64,000 bases of DNA from Balanoglossus misakiensis (Eukaryota; Animalia; Hemichordata): positions 11,659,129-11,723,128 of the forward strand of contig CM082576.2 of the NCBI GenBank assembly GCA_040954595.2. The letters are read 5' to 3'. The position numbers were made by a program, and so were the translations under genes. Position 1 is the stretch's first letter. Each line of letters opens with the position of its first letter. Positions 24,193 to 36,824 of the stretch are shown here, one piece after another. Below the pieces are notes generated by a model. It made no database searches. It was not told where the DNA came from and worked only from the letters and a program-made list of their open reading frames with translations.

Positions 24193-25491
24193 AACACAGA
24201 GATATGACAAAGTATTCAGATCGATGTCGTTGATTTACAAAAATTATGTAACATGCCGAAAACCCAGACAGTTAACATTTATAAATCACCTACAATTTAC
24301 ATATGCACATTTACATATGCGTGTTTAATATCTTTGAATAACCACCTAACTCATTTCATGGCTATAAAGAATGTCATTCTTGATCGCCAATTTTAAAGGC
24401 TGTTTTGTCGTTTCACATTTATTGTTTATTGTCAGGAAATATTAATTTCGCATGGTCATGTCATAATTTGGTCATGTCATACTGCGATGAATCATTAATT
24501 GCTACAAAAATCTTGTATCACATTTTCGTTAAAGACTTTATCCATGCATTCATTCAAGCCTAATCCACGTACATGTACATTTGGTTCTTTTCACCAGTCT
24601 GTAAACTGTGGCCTAATCATTATATATGCATATAGTTACTTTGACTTTGGCTATGTAAAAATTTATAAAACCATGTCCAATATGATAAAATAATTAGATA
24701 ATCGGGGTACTTTTTCGTTTAACTCTTTTATATCTCCACGTTTGTGAAAAAATGAGATCCATGGGTCGAATACCATCATAAGTAACAAAGCCTACAAGTC
24801 TCCCAACCACACTCCTCAGAAAACTGGAAATCCTTCCAAATCCTAAGCCTAGGTCAGCGATACTGACGTTTAAGGTTGAAGCAATACCTACATGTATTGC
24901 TTTGCTTTTAAAGATGGCAGATACCCACGTACACGAGTGTCCAAGGGCGCCATTTCACTCGGTCACCTCGAAGTAGTCTACCAAGGTCGATGCAAATATC
25001 ATGCGATGCCAGAGCGTGGCACACAACGACACATGGACTCAGAGACAAAGTCTGACCGAGGGTACCGCGTGAATCTACCGACATTTTTGGCTTTGCGTTA
25101 TGGAGGCAAAGGTGCATAACCTGATATATTAGCATAAGCTTAGTGGGGGAACACTCTCCTGAACTTAGAACATTATGCAGACTGAATAGAGTCATGGCCG
25201 CCATATCATAACCATCGAGAGTAACTGATTGGCTGGCTGTGAGCTACTTATTAATGTAAATAGGGCTTCCAAGGCTATAGGTGATACACATAAACAAGTA
25301 CTTTCATTCAGCTGAATATATGCACACCCCTCTTTCGCCTGTATTCTAGTACTTCAGGACAAGATTGAGTCTACATGGTTTTCGCGCTGGCTGAGGACAT
25401 AGTGGCAATGTGTACTTGATAACCACGTATTTTCAAGACTGAGAAATAGGCGAGGTTGAACTCTGCGATTGTATTCACGACACTATTTAAA

Positions 25492-28400
25492 ATGGCAACC
25501 AAATTCTCGAGCGCGATTTTTCGGTTACCCAGTGGGCTATCAAGATTGTCGGTCACTCGTACCAGATGTAAGCTTACAGCCAGTCGGACACTGTCATCTA
25601 CAGTAAGTATACTGTACGAGAAATACTGATACACTTTTGACGTGATTTGAACGTAATACGCAATACACAACCAGGGGGTCGTCTGAAGGACGCTCGCTGG
25701 TCAACGACCCACGCGAAGGTCACGCACTTTATGGGAGGATGTAACGCACTGTGTCTGCTTGTGCTATGCTTTGGGGTCACCATGTACTCTCTACGTGAAA
25801 GTAAACAATACTCTAAAGAACTTTATTTGTGACTCTACTGGCGTAATTTGTTTTATTCGGTGGTTTAATTATTACCATTTGAAATACCCTTTTTCATCTC
25901 GCTTTATAATTGTTGAATCATTTATTTGTGCATGTTTACACCCTATTTCGGTTCTTTGTCAAGAAAGTTTTTACATTGTACCGGACAATATTAAAATAAG
26001 GGCTTGTCCTAATTTTCGTTATAGTCTGAGTATATTTCTCTTCCATAGAATCTTCAAAAGTCACAAATCCACGTTCAAATTTCCGTACTTTTGGGCAAAA
26101 TTTAGATATCACACACGAGGAAAGAGTTTGTATATTATTAATATTATTACGTATTCTTCAGCCAAGGCCATTCAACCATCCTGTTATTATCTCGCACATT
26201 TATAAATGTACGCTTCCAGTAATATATAAACTCCACTTTACCCGTTCGTTCTAAGCCCCCGTGTTCTCGCACACTAAGGAATTATTTTCTTACCATTATC
26301 TGCCCGCCCGCCCGCCTGCCTGTCTGTCTCTTGACGCAATATCTCAAGAACGGCGTAAAGGGGCTCTAACTTCACATTTCATTTCCCAGTGCGTGAGATT
26401 GCAACAATCTGAATCTGATGACCCCATCCCAATAAGGACCTCCCACGATGTCACCGAAGCTATGAGGAGACAACCTCTCATCGATGATGATCGACCGCAT
26501 TTTCCGGGCACTTGGAGGTCGAGCTACTCGGATACCATGCAGTTCATAAAGCCCGAACTGAAAGAGGTCCTGCCTACGTACCGAGTGCTGAACTGGGATG
26601 GTGAGATTGTGAAGGAATCCGAGGAACCGCAGCTCAGCAAAGAGACAATTCTGGAGATGTACAAGACAATGAAGAAACTGCATACCATGGATGAAATTCT
26701 GATAAGCGCACAACGCCAGGTATATCAGTAGGACTTGTTATGTGCAAAAGTTCACACAAAACAAATCATATCAAAGCGAGTTTGCCGGCCCGCATGGCAA
26801 GAAATGGTTGTATTGGCAAAAAGTTCATTTCTATTAAATATCCTCACCACAAAGTTATGCATTTATTGAAACACATGCATGTATCATTCCTTGTTCTGTG
26901 GTTATTTAGTACTACACATCTTGAAAAAAAAAATGCTTCTCAGGAAAATACAGTCACCGTCTCTTTTACAATATGTGAAAATAAGTATAGGTAATTGTAC
27001 GCGTTCGGCCTCGTGTGGCTTCAGAACATCATGCCATCCAAATCCGCGAGGTTTAGAAAAAAAATGCAGACCCAAGAGAAAACGCACCATTATCACGAAT
27101 TCGAGTTTTCGGGTCCGTTTTCGCACACATTGTCAGATTTGAGATCGTCACTGTCCCATTTTGCGTATTCAAGTAAGAACCACGACTCGTGGAGTGAATG
27201 GTCACGGTTCAGAGAGGAGATCTCGAGAAAGCTAGGTCGTTGGGGCACGATTCTTTTCACTATAGTTTTAAGTGGAAAACGAGAGTTTGAAACTCAGGAC
27301 AATCGTGAACGACAGAATTTGTAAACTTTTGGCGTGTTTTCGTTTATTTTGATTTTTAGGGAAGAATTCCCTTTTACATGGCATCTGACGGAGAGGAAGG
27401 CACACACGTCGGAAGTGCCGCAGCTTTAGATCCAAATGATGAAATCTTCGCTCAGTACAGGGAACAAGGTGAGTGGGGAACAACCACCCCCACGCATTTT
27501 TAAGATATACTAATCTAAATATGACTTGAGCAAAATATGTGAAAACAGTTTTTAAGGCTTTGATTTTTGATTTAGGCCTACGTGCCACAAAACGCATATT
27601 TTCCCTAACAAATGCGCACGTTTCCTGTAACAGGAGTTCTGATGTGGAGGGGCTACACTCTGTACCAGTTCATCGACCAGTGCATTGGCAATAGACACGC
27701 CCACGGCAGAGGGCGTCAGATGCCTTTGCATTTTGGATCCAAAGAACTTCACTACGTCACAATATCAGCCCCGCTTTCGACGGAAATGCCACAGGGTAAG
27801 TTGGTCATGAACGAGGGTACGGTCATGGCATGCACAGTTGAGTCAATGCGAACTTTCCACATCCCAGGTCCTTTTCCAAATAGCGCGATGTGACCAGTTA
27901 CCTGTATGCGGTAGACAGAACTGGTCAGACACATACACATGTGGGCAACAGAATATACGTCTGTAACCCGAAGGACTGTAAGTCACCCCCAAAACAACAG
28001 ACTGTTTTGGGGTGAATCACCTTCCCGGGGAGTGAAAGACGTATGCTGTTGCCCTAGGGGCCGGTCAATATGTGTTTTATAACATTTCGGAACTGAAGCC
28101 CGGCGGGCAACAGCACAAAAAGAAAGCACACCACGTGACTATCAATTGACGAATGAGAACACAGACTGCGGATGAGGTGTGTTACAATATACATGTATAT
28201 TGTGGGTAGTATCGATTAACTAAATGGGAAATTTGACTCTTTCGCAAGCCACGACTGATTGAGGCAGTGTCCTCTGCCACGCTATGGATGAGCGGAGATT
28301 TTTGTTCTCTTCTTTGAGTAGCAATGTGTGTGTGAGGAAATGGGAATTAAAGAAGCGTTGAGATCTGTTGCCACATTCGCGTCGGTTAAGAACGTGTAGT

Positions 28401-30058
28401 CACAAAACTCTGTGCACGTGGAAGCATATGTCGCCACTGAAAGATAAGGATATAGCTTGACAATTGAAATGTTTTCTCCCTGCTTGGACTCGTACCCCCA
28501 CAGCTGCTGGTTATGCGTACGTACTGAAGAGAGCCCAGTCCAAGAACTGCGTCGTCTGCTATTTTGGAGACGGAGCTGCCAGTGAGGGCGATGCTCATGC
28601 CGCCTTCAATTTTGCGACAACGCTCGAAGTGCCAGTAATTTACATATGGTAGGCATAAGTCCATGGTAGTATTTCTATTAAATATTGTGTTATCATAAAC
28701 ATGTAGCTACATAGAAATTGACATGATTTTGTTATACTGTAGTTAACAAGGAGATTTAGGAAGAAATTGGAATTTGTCCCTTTAAGAATAATATCTTTAA
28801 TTTTTTGCAGTCGAAATAATGGTTATGCAATATCTACACCGTCTTATGAGCAGTATCATGATGATGGCATTGGTAAGAAACGAAGTTTTAAGTTTTTGTG
28901 TGTGGAATGCCATTGTCAGTAGTCGGGCATTTATTTATATTGCACATAGTATGTCAAAGATTAAATTGATCCCACCCTGTATCTGTAGGGTGTCGATTCT
29001 TACACTTCAATTTTCTGCACTTTTTCCCCCCAGCTGCTCGCGGCCAAGGTTACGGGATGTGTACCATCAGGGTCGATGGTAATGATATCTTCGCTGTCTA
29101 CAACGCCACTAAAGAAGCCAGGAGAATTGCCATGGGAGAAAACCGGCCCGTCTTGATAGAATGTATGACCTATAGGTAAAGCCACAAGTGAATGAATCTT
29201 GTTTTTATGTAATATGTTGTGCTTCATTTTCTCGCGGTCTATTCGTGTATTAATTCGCAGCTGATTAACATTACACTGTCGGGTGAGATTAATATCTGTA
29301 GCAATAATGATGTGAAAGCGACGCTCAAAATGCACCAGCGAAAAAAAGGCGCACCCCGTGACGTCAGCAGCAAAAAGATAAGGCTATGTTCCATAGGTAC
29401 AAGATGATGTTTATAATTTGTGGTACTTTTGTCCATCAGAGTTGGACACCATGGCACCAGCGACGATTCATCAAAATACCGATCCAAGAAGGAAATAGGA
29501 TACTGGAAAAAACATAATCCCATAGACAGATTCCGAAAATATCTGATCAGAAACGGATTGTGGAACGATGAACAGGAAAAGCAATGGGAGGAAGAAATAA
29601 GCAAAAAGGTTGGTTTAAAAGCATTTCATGGCCATAATATGTTTGCTAATGAATGGGAACATATGCGACATTTTTGGGGGAATATATACGATGTGGGCAC
29701 CGGTATTTATTGATAAACAAAAAACTGACAATCTTAGAATAGTTTGACGAAACTACCGTGTCAAGATTGTCTTGACTTGAATATAGGATTATCATGGAGT
29801 GCATTTTTTATGTTGTGTTTTGGAAATGTTTTTTGTAAATATACCGCCGTTTGTTCTCGCTCGCTCCAGGTTCTTGGCGCTCTTACCTATGGCGAAACCC
29901 ACATGAAATCCAGTCCATATGTAATGTTCACCGACGTCTACAAGGAAATGCCGCCCTCGCTGAAGAAACAGGCCGACAGCTTGATGAATCATTTGAAGAA
30001 GTATCGTGACGAGTATCCGAACCTGGACAGTTTTCAGACGGAGGAAACAGAAACCTGA
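25492..30058 (+). CDS. BCKDHA: Divergent BCKDHA paralog, copy C (site-1 Ser->Gly)
   Basis: Exons 25492-25602, 26390-26719, 27360-27468, 27634-27795, 28504-28648, 28811-28872, 29033-29174, 29440-29608, 29870-30058. Motifs [44 protein letters not shown] and [16 protein letters not shown]. Confidence 0.9.
27943..28053. repeat. Long imperfect palindrome in BCKDHA-C intron 4
   Basis: GGGCAACAG..ATACGTCT..CCCGAAGG..TCACCCCCAAAACA pairs with TGTTTTGGGGTGA..CCTTCCCGGG..AGACGTATGCTGTTGCCC. Confidence 0.7.
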
Positions 30059-31710
30059 AGAAATTACCCGTGTCTCAAGTTTTAACGCTGCGTCTACTTA
30101 AAACCCTTTCACCCCTCGTCCCTCTTTCAGTGAGGTCCAACTTTACCGTGGTGGTGAAAGGGTTAAAGCACAGAGATATGACAAAGCATTTTAGATTGAT
30201 GTCGTTGATTTACAATTATGTACCATGCATGCTAGAGTTAGATCCGAAAACCCAGACAGTTAACATTTAAATAATCACCTACAGTTTACATATGCACATA
30301 TACGGTTAAAGGTGCGTGTTTAAAACTTTTGATGACCAGGTAGTTGCGCACTTGTTTTCTCGTGGCCACCCGTTGAATTCTGCCATTGGCTACATCTCAA
30401 CTTGGTCATGGTAAACTGTGGCTAAGTTATCTGCATATATTTGTCTGCTAGACTTTTTTCATAAATGTTGACATAGCATACGACGTGAATCCTTGAAATT
30501 TAAATGTGTCGTGATTTAAAAATGTATATCGCCACAGAATTGATCAGTGGACTGTATATCCCGCACAACTGTTCAGAACAGATTCGTATCAATAGACGTA
30601 GAATCGTTACATTTGAGAATTTTAAAACCATGTTTACAGAGACCAGTTATTTGTACAAACTATATTTATTCGTCGGATAGATTAACTTATTTGTACTGAA
30701 CATATATAATGGTTAAACTGCTTGATGCTAGCTTAGGAATTTTTCTCAAGTATGTCTTGAATAGACAGTCATGTAAAAGAGATGCACTAATCTTCATGTA
30801 TATGTTCTAATTATTTACACCTTGATATTGCCAATATAACTATGGACTTGCATAAAATAATCACCTTGCTTGTTCCGTGTTGTTTGTGCAGTAGAGCATT
30901 TGCCCAAATACTACAGTGACTTGTACCGAGGGTGAACTGATCACGTATTCATGTGCCATGGTTGTTGAACATTAGTTTACTTGGAGATCATGACATCAAA
31001 TGGTCTGACGATTACTTGAAAACGTAGACATGTGCCATATTGCAACTAGACATGTGCCATATTGCAACCGTGTGTGAAGTTATGTCGGCCTAAACTGAGT
31101 ATATACTGAATATTTAGTTTTCACCCAAATTAATTAATCCTGACTTTCACTAAATGTGCAAATAGCTAACTTTACTGATTATGGCCTTATACAGATGTTG
31201 ACTGATTACAAATCCTCATGAAGGTGTTTATTAAAATGTCATGAGAGTTTAATCACGGAATTTCGGTAGTAAAATGTAGTGTACCGTACTACAGAAATGA
31301 TATTTAGGCGTACTTGAGAGAGTGACGTCAAGTTCAACATGCAGCAACATCTATATCCAGGCAAAGGCTCAGCTCGCGCGTCAGAAATGCGAGGTCGACG
31401 CGAAAACAACCCAGATCATGTGACTCGCACGGATCATGTATGCGATTGGTTGATTGTACAGTTTTATATCTACGAGGTCACCAAGGTCAGACACAGAATT
31501 TCCGAACAACGACCAGGGAATAACCTTTTTGGAAGATGAGTGGAATTGAACATCTATACTGCTAGTCTTGGTGCAATGATAAATACGTGAGTGTCGGACG
31601 GGCTGAGAAGCGCTGGAGAGAGTCGTTTTTTATACGTGAATAATTGATTAATGCATATATTGAGGAACCGTTCCTGAAGATCAAGGCCATACATGTGTGA
31701 ATTGTTCACC

Positions 31711-34700
31711 ATGACAGCAAGATTGTCGAGCAGAATATTACGATTACAACATCTGTCCAGATTGTCGACTATTGCTAGACGCAATGGGGGTCGGAATTTG
31801 TCATCGTCTGTAAGTATTGTGCACGTTATAATTGACATGACAGTTGTTAGCGACGCCAACGATTCAGGATGTTGCATGAGAGGTCCCGCCCATGTTGAAA
31901 GGTTATCCAAGGACGTACATGTAGCTCTATATACCGATTTAACTACATCGTAGATGTGAAAGCTGACCGCATTTTGCACGGAGTGTGATTCCTCTCTTTC
32001 AAGGGCTGAAATGATAGTGAAAGTCTTTTAAAAACAGGTGTTTCGTGTTGTATGTATAACCGACTAATAATCGGCATCCAATCTGGCCATTTCATTTCCC
32101 AGTGCGTGAGATTGCAACAATCTGAAACTGATAACCCCATCCCAATAAGGACCTCCCACGATGTCACCGAAGCTATGAGGAGACAACCTCTCATCGACGA
32201 TGACCGACCGCACTTTCCGGGCACCTGGAGGTCGAGCTACACGGACACCATGCAGTTCATAAAGCCCGAACTGCAGGAGGTTATCCCAACGTACCGAGTT
32301 TTGAACTGGGAAGGCGTGATTGTCAACGAGTCTGAAGAACCGAAGCTCAGCAAAGAGACAATTCTGGAGATGTACAAGACGATGAAGAAGTTACACACTA
32401 TGGACGATATTCTGATGAGTGCACAGCGGCAGGTACAATAGCATTACAAAGTCAAAAAATCTGGCCAAAACTACAGTGCAGTTCCAATTTGCTTATCACT
32501 GGGCTAGCAATGGGTTGGCCCAGTGTTAGCTACTGCCACTATTGGTCATGTAGCCTGTGTGTGTGATAACAATGTGCTAAATCTAGTGAAATTTAAACTT
32601 TAAAAAGAATGAAACCAGTGATTAAAAATCAGATTTCATCACATATAGCTCATAAAACAACTTTCTCTCATCTGATGAACCTGTCATACGATATATACCT
32701 CCATGGTGTATAATTGTTGAAATCTCAGTGTTTAATGTTTCATGCGTTGATTAGGGTAGGATTCCCTTTTACATGGCAGCGGATGGGGAAGAAGGAATAC
32801 ACATTGGAAGTGCTGCTGCTTTAGATCCGGATGATGAAATATACGCACAGTACAGGGAACAAGGTGAGTTGGCTTTACATCTTTGATCTTACTGAAGAGA
32901 CTGTCGATTTGTTTTATACAGAAATCATGGTATATGCTGAAGCGGGTCCCGTCTCACAGTCAGCATTGATTTCAGTAACCACCAGATATTTACAACACCA
33001 TCTGTGTGCATGTTTTCTGTTACAGGAGTTCTGATGTGGAGGGGCTACACGTTGAATCAGTTCATCAATCAGTGCATCGGAAATATCCACGCCCACGGCA
33101 GGGCGCGCCAGATGCCTTTGCATTACGGATCGAAAAAACTCCATTACGTTACGATTTCATCCCCTCTGTCAACAGAAATGCCACAAGGTAAAAGTCAATA
33201 CATGTACATAAATAAACAGGAGTCAAACACTCTTCAAGTCATTTCTGTTGCAGGAATATTTAATTGACAAATATGAAATTTAGTTTCAGTGGGGAATGGT
33301 CATACCTGATTAACATGTAATATTGAAATGAGGTGGAAAGATGAATTTCCATAATTGTTTTTGGATACACTTGGCGAACTTTTATTGAAGCACAGATGCA
33401 GTCTAGTGCTTGTTCTACTTTCAACGACCTGGCAACTTGAGACTTCAATATTCTATCGACTGAATGGCCAAGTTTGAAATTATGCAACAAACAGATTGAC
33501 AGAACATTGAACATAACAATGTTTACTTTTCTGGTTGGACTCACGCAGCTGTTGGCTATGCCTATGGAATGAAGAGAGCTGGATCCAAGAATTGCGTGGT
33601 GTGCTATTTTGGCGATGGAGCTTCGAGCGAAGGTGATGCCCACGCGGCGTTTAATTTAGCTGCGACTCTGGAAGTACCAGTAGTGTACATATGGTAAGTG
33701 CTGGAGTGGGATTGTGATTATGAACAGGTGAGAGTGGGAGGGAAACACTGTAACCCACACTAACAGTGATGGTTGGGGTTTGTGGCACCTCAACGGTGGG
33801 ACATTGACAATTGTCGAAAAGTTAGGAAGCATTCTTAATGTGCTGCTCTGTACTCTACTTCATTGCACTGTACCGTACAGTACAGTACTGCTTCTTGCTT
33901 TATTAATGGGAAGGATATGTTGTATCTTGCAGTCGTAACAATGGTTTTGCGATATCGACGCGCTCATATGAACAGTACCACGGTGATGGCATCGGTAAGC
34001 TATCCACTTTGAATTTTTCAGTTTTTTTTCAGGATATTTGCCCAAGAGTTTCTATTAACTGGTGGCAAATGTCCATAAATAGTCACAGCATCTCTCATGT
34101 GGCCGAGATTGGCTTTCCATATTTAGCGGAACTTTGACATACAACTTTGATGTGTACATTTTTAGCTGCTCGCGGCCAAGGTTACGGGATGTGTTCCATC
34201 AGAGTCGATGGCAATGATGTCTTCGCTGTCTACAATGCTACGAAAGAAGCCAGAGTAATTGCCATGGCAGAAAACCGGCCTGTGTTGATAGAATGTATGA
34301 CGTACAGGTAAAGTGAGCCTTACATGTAGGAGTTTGAGAAAACATTGTTGTCATTTTCTTGAAATTTTCACAAAAGGTGCCAAAAAAGGAATATTAATAA
34401 ATGATACAACGAAAACACTATGTCACAACGCTTGATTTTTTGATAGAGCTGTTCAGATATTTTCACCATAGAAAAATTCTAGCATTAATTTTGCGAGAAA
34501 ATTGCTGACTCAGCATATTCCATAATATTTGTTTGGTTTTGATATTCAAAGATAAACAGTATAAATAAAAATCAGGAAAATGACAATTTTCTGTCTTTTG
34601 AGTTGTTCACTACCTTAATGTTACAATCAGAGAGCAGGAAACTTTTATTTTACAAACCACTTCTCACACATGCAGTGATGCTTATGCTCTGGTGAATATA

Positions 34701-36129
34701 TTTGACTAGGGTTGGACACCACGGCACCAGCGATGACTCCCTGAGATACAGAACCAAGGAAGAGGTCGATTATTGGAAGAGACACAACCCCATCGACAGA
34801 TGCAGAAAATATCTCATCGGAAAAGGATGGTGGGACGACCAAGACGAAAAGCGATGGCAGGAAGAAGTGACAAAAATGGTGAGTGTAAGACAAGTAGCAA
34901 TTCTCCAGACAACCCTGGAATTCTGAGTCATGCATGGTATGGCTATTATGTTATATGTTAATGTGTATGTATATGTATTATGTATATGTATATGTATATT
35001 CTGCCAAAATGACTGGGAAAACTTTCTGACAATATTTTCTTCTTTCCTGACATTACAAAGACAGAACTACTCTAAAAAAAGTTTTTCAATTTTTTTTATT
35101 AAATAATAACACATGATAGCGAGGGCAATATCACGATTTGAAGCCTGCACGAGGGATGGTGATCTCTGACCATAATATTGATGATGCCCGAGCCGCAGGC
35201 GAGGGTATCATCAATATTGTGGTCAGAGATCACCAGCCCGAGGGCAGGCTTCAAATCGTGATGTTGCCCGAGCATCATGTGTTATTAATTTTATTACGCC
35301 GAACATTTGAATGTACATACAAGGCAGGCATAGAAGAACGTAGACGCGCGTCCTTATGTCGTACGTTGCTGAGAATGTAAAATGTCTCGATCTCCCAAGA
35401 ATTATATGATACCTACTTCGAACTTAGATTATTTTGAAAATACTGCGCTGTTGGTTGCGATTTTGTTGTATTTACTGTCCGTTTGTGGTAAAATATCGTC
35501 CAGTTGAACAGGTGTTAAGGCTATGTGTCGCTTTGAAGCCATAGATGCGGGAGTTGACTGATCGTGGAGGAAGCCATTGAACGACAGTTTGGAACGCGCA
35601 GAAGTCGCGCGCAGAACACAAAACAACCCAGCGGGCAATATCAGCGCACGCGACAGGGCTTTATCAACTCTAGCCATGTTACATGTATATCACTTTTTTT
35701 TCTATATCACGTGAGCGCGTCTCAGCCAATCACGAATATGGTATAATACGTGAGGTGTAATAATCATAATTATAATTCAGTAAATGAATAAATAATGGAA
35801 TAAGTTAACTATGACAATCATTCAGCCCTTCGGCGCTGCAATTAACACATTCACATGCAGTAAGTAATCCCCAATGGCTGTAAAGACCTCATTAGAATTC
35901 TGTTTATAACATTTTACATTTCCCTTCCCAGATTCTCGATGCCATTCAGGAGGGCGAAACGCAGAAGAAGCCAAGTCCGTATGAAATGTTCACCGACGTC
36001 TACAAGGAAATGCCGCCCTCGCTGAAGAAACAGGCCGACTACTTGATGAAACACTTGAAGGAGTACCATGACGAGTATCCAAACCTGGATAATTTTGACG
36101 TTGAAAAACAGACGCCTGATGAAGATTGA
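31711..36129 (+). CDS. BCKDHA: Divergent BCKDHA paralog, copy D (site-1 Ser->Gly, site-2 Ser->Thr)
   Basis: Exons ~31711-31809 ([33 protein letters not shown]; in-frame upstream ATG at 31693), 32103-32432, 32755-32863, 33026-33187, 33549-33693, 33933-33994, 34165-34307, 34710-34878, 35932-36129. Motifs [20 protein letters not shown] and [16 protein letters not shown]. Confidence 0.9.
34355..34500 (+). repeat. Dispersed repeat fragment shared with NVL intron 1 (~48430-48560)
   Basis: Both sites read TTCTTGAAA.TTTCA.AAAAGGTGCCAAAA...TGTCACA..GCTTGA...TGTTCAGATATTTT.ACCATAGAAAA. Confidence 0.65.
35104..35287. repeat. About 184-bp near-perfect palindrome, probably part of a non-autonomous DNA element extending to ~35765, in BCKDHA-D intron 8
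   Basis: Left arm TAATAACACATGAT..GGGCAATATCACGATTTGAAGCCTGC..TGGTGATCTCTGACCATAATATTGATGATGCCC, central GCCGCAGGC, then the reverse-complement arm. Confidence 0.85.
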
Positions 36130-36824
36130 TTCCACTAAAGGTGTCACTGATCATCCATTGACAGCAGGAAACTATATTGATACACGTCTAGCATAGTTTT
36201 ACCTGTTGTATTACCCGTTGTTAGGTATATTTGTAGATGCAAATATTTAAATGTTATGATAGAACTGAATATTGTATATAATATTGAGTGAACACATTGT
36301 GGAACTTACCTGTTGCATGCAATATTTTGTCCTCATTTCAATGATCTCCACCGGAAAGAGAACTCAGTGGCACACTTCAAAAATCAGTTGATACAGCAGA
36401 TGTATATCTGGTAACTGGTTAGTTCATTAAGACTTATTGTACATACAAATGTAAGATTTAAAATGCAATACTTTATTTCATTCATAGATATACAATGTAT
36501 CTAGACACTTTTAGCTAGACAAGGCACGTGCAGAGGTCGATTGTGTACACTGTATTGGGTGGTAAGGCAAGATATTTTCACTGATGTGCAAAGTATGAAT
36601 CTTTCATTGATGTTTTTAAAATAAGCAACGCTTTGAGTCAAAAGTGGTAGATTTAACAATTTTTATGTTTCAGATTCATATTGGGAAGAACTGTTATGAA
36701 CATGTAAAGCTGACACAATCCTGTATCATGTTGTCTCACAGGGGTGAGATTAATAGAATCTCACACTCCTAAGGACCTGGGATAATATTTATCACACGAG
36801 TTGGCGATTTTCGAAAATCCCCAT

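Larger units (their letters stand above)
17782..30338 (+). repeat. Tandem segmental duplication, unit 1 ~17782-24341 (contains BCKDHA-B) and unit 2 ~24342-30338 (contains BCKDHA-C)
   Basis: Intergenic, intronic and 3' sequences align between the units, e.g. 17785-17970 with 24345-24532, 18680-19300 with 24645-25260, and 24090-24330 with 30062-30330. Confidence 0.9.

Noticed and set aside
227-36129. ABCD4 (cobalamin export) next to BCKDHA as a vitamin B12/branched-chain amino acid pathway cluster
   Set aside because: The metabolic link is indirect and adjacency alone is not evidence; nothing in the sequence supports co-regulation.
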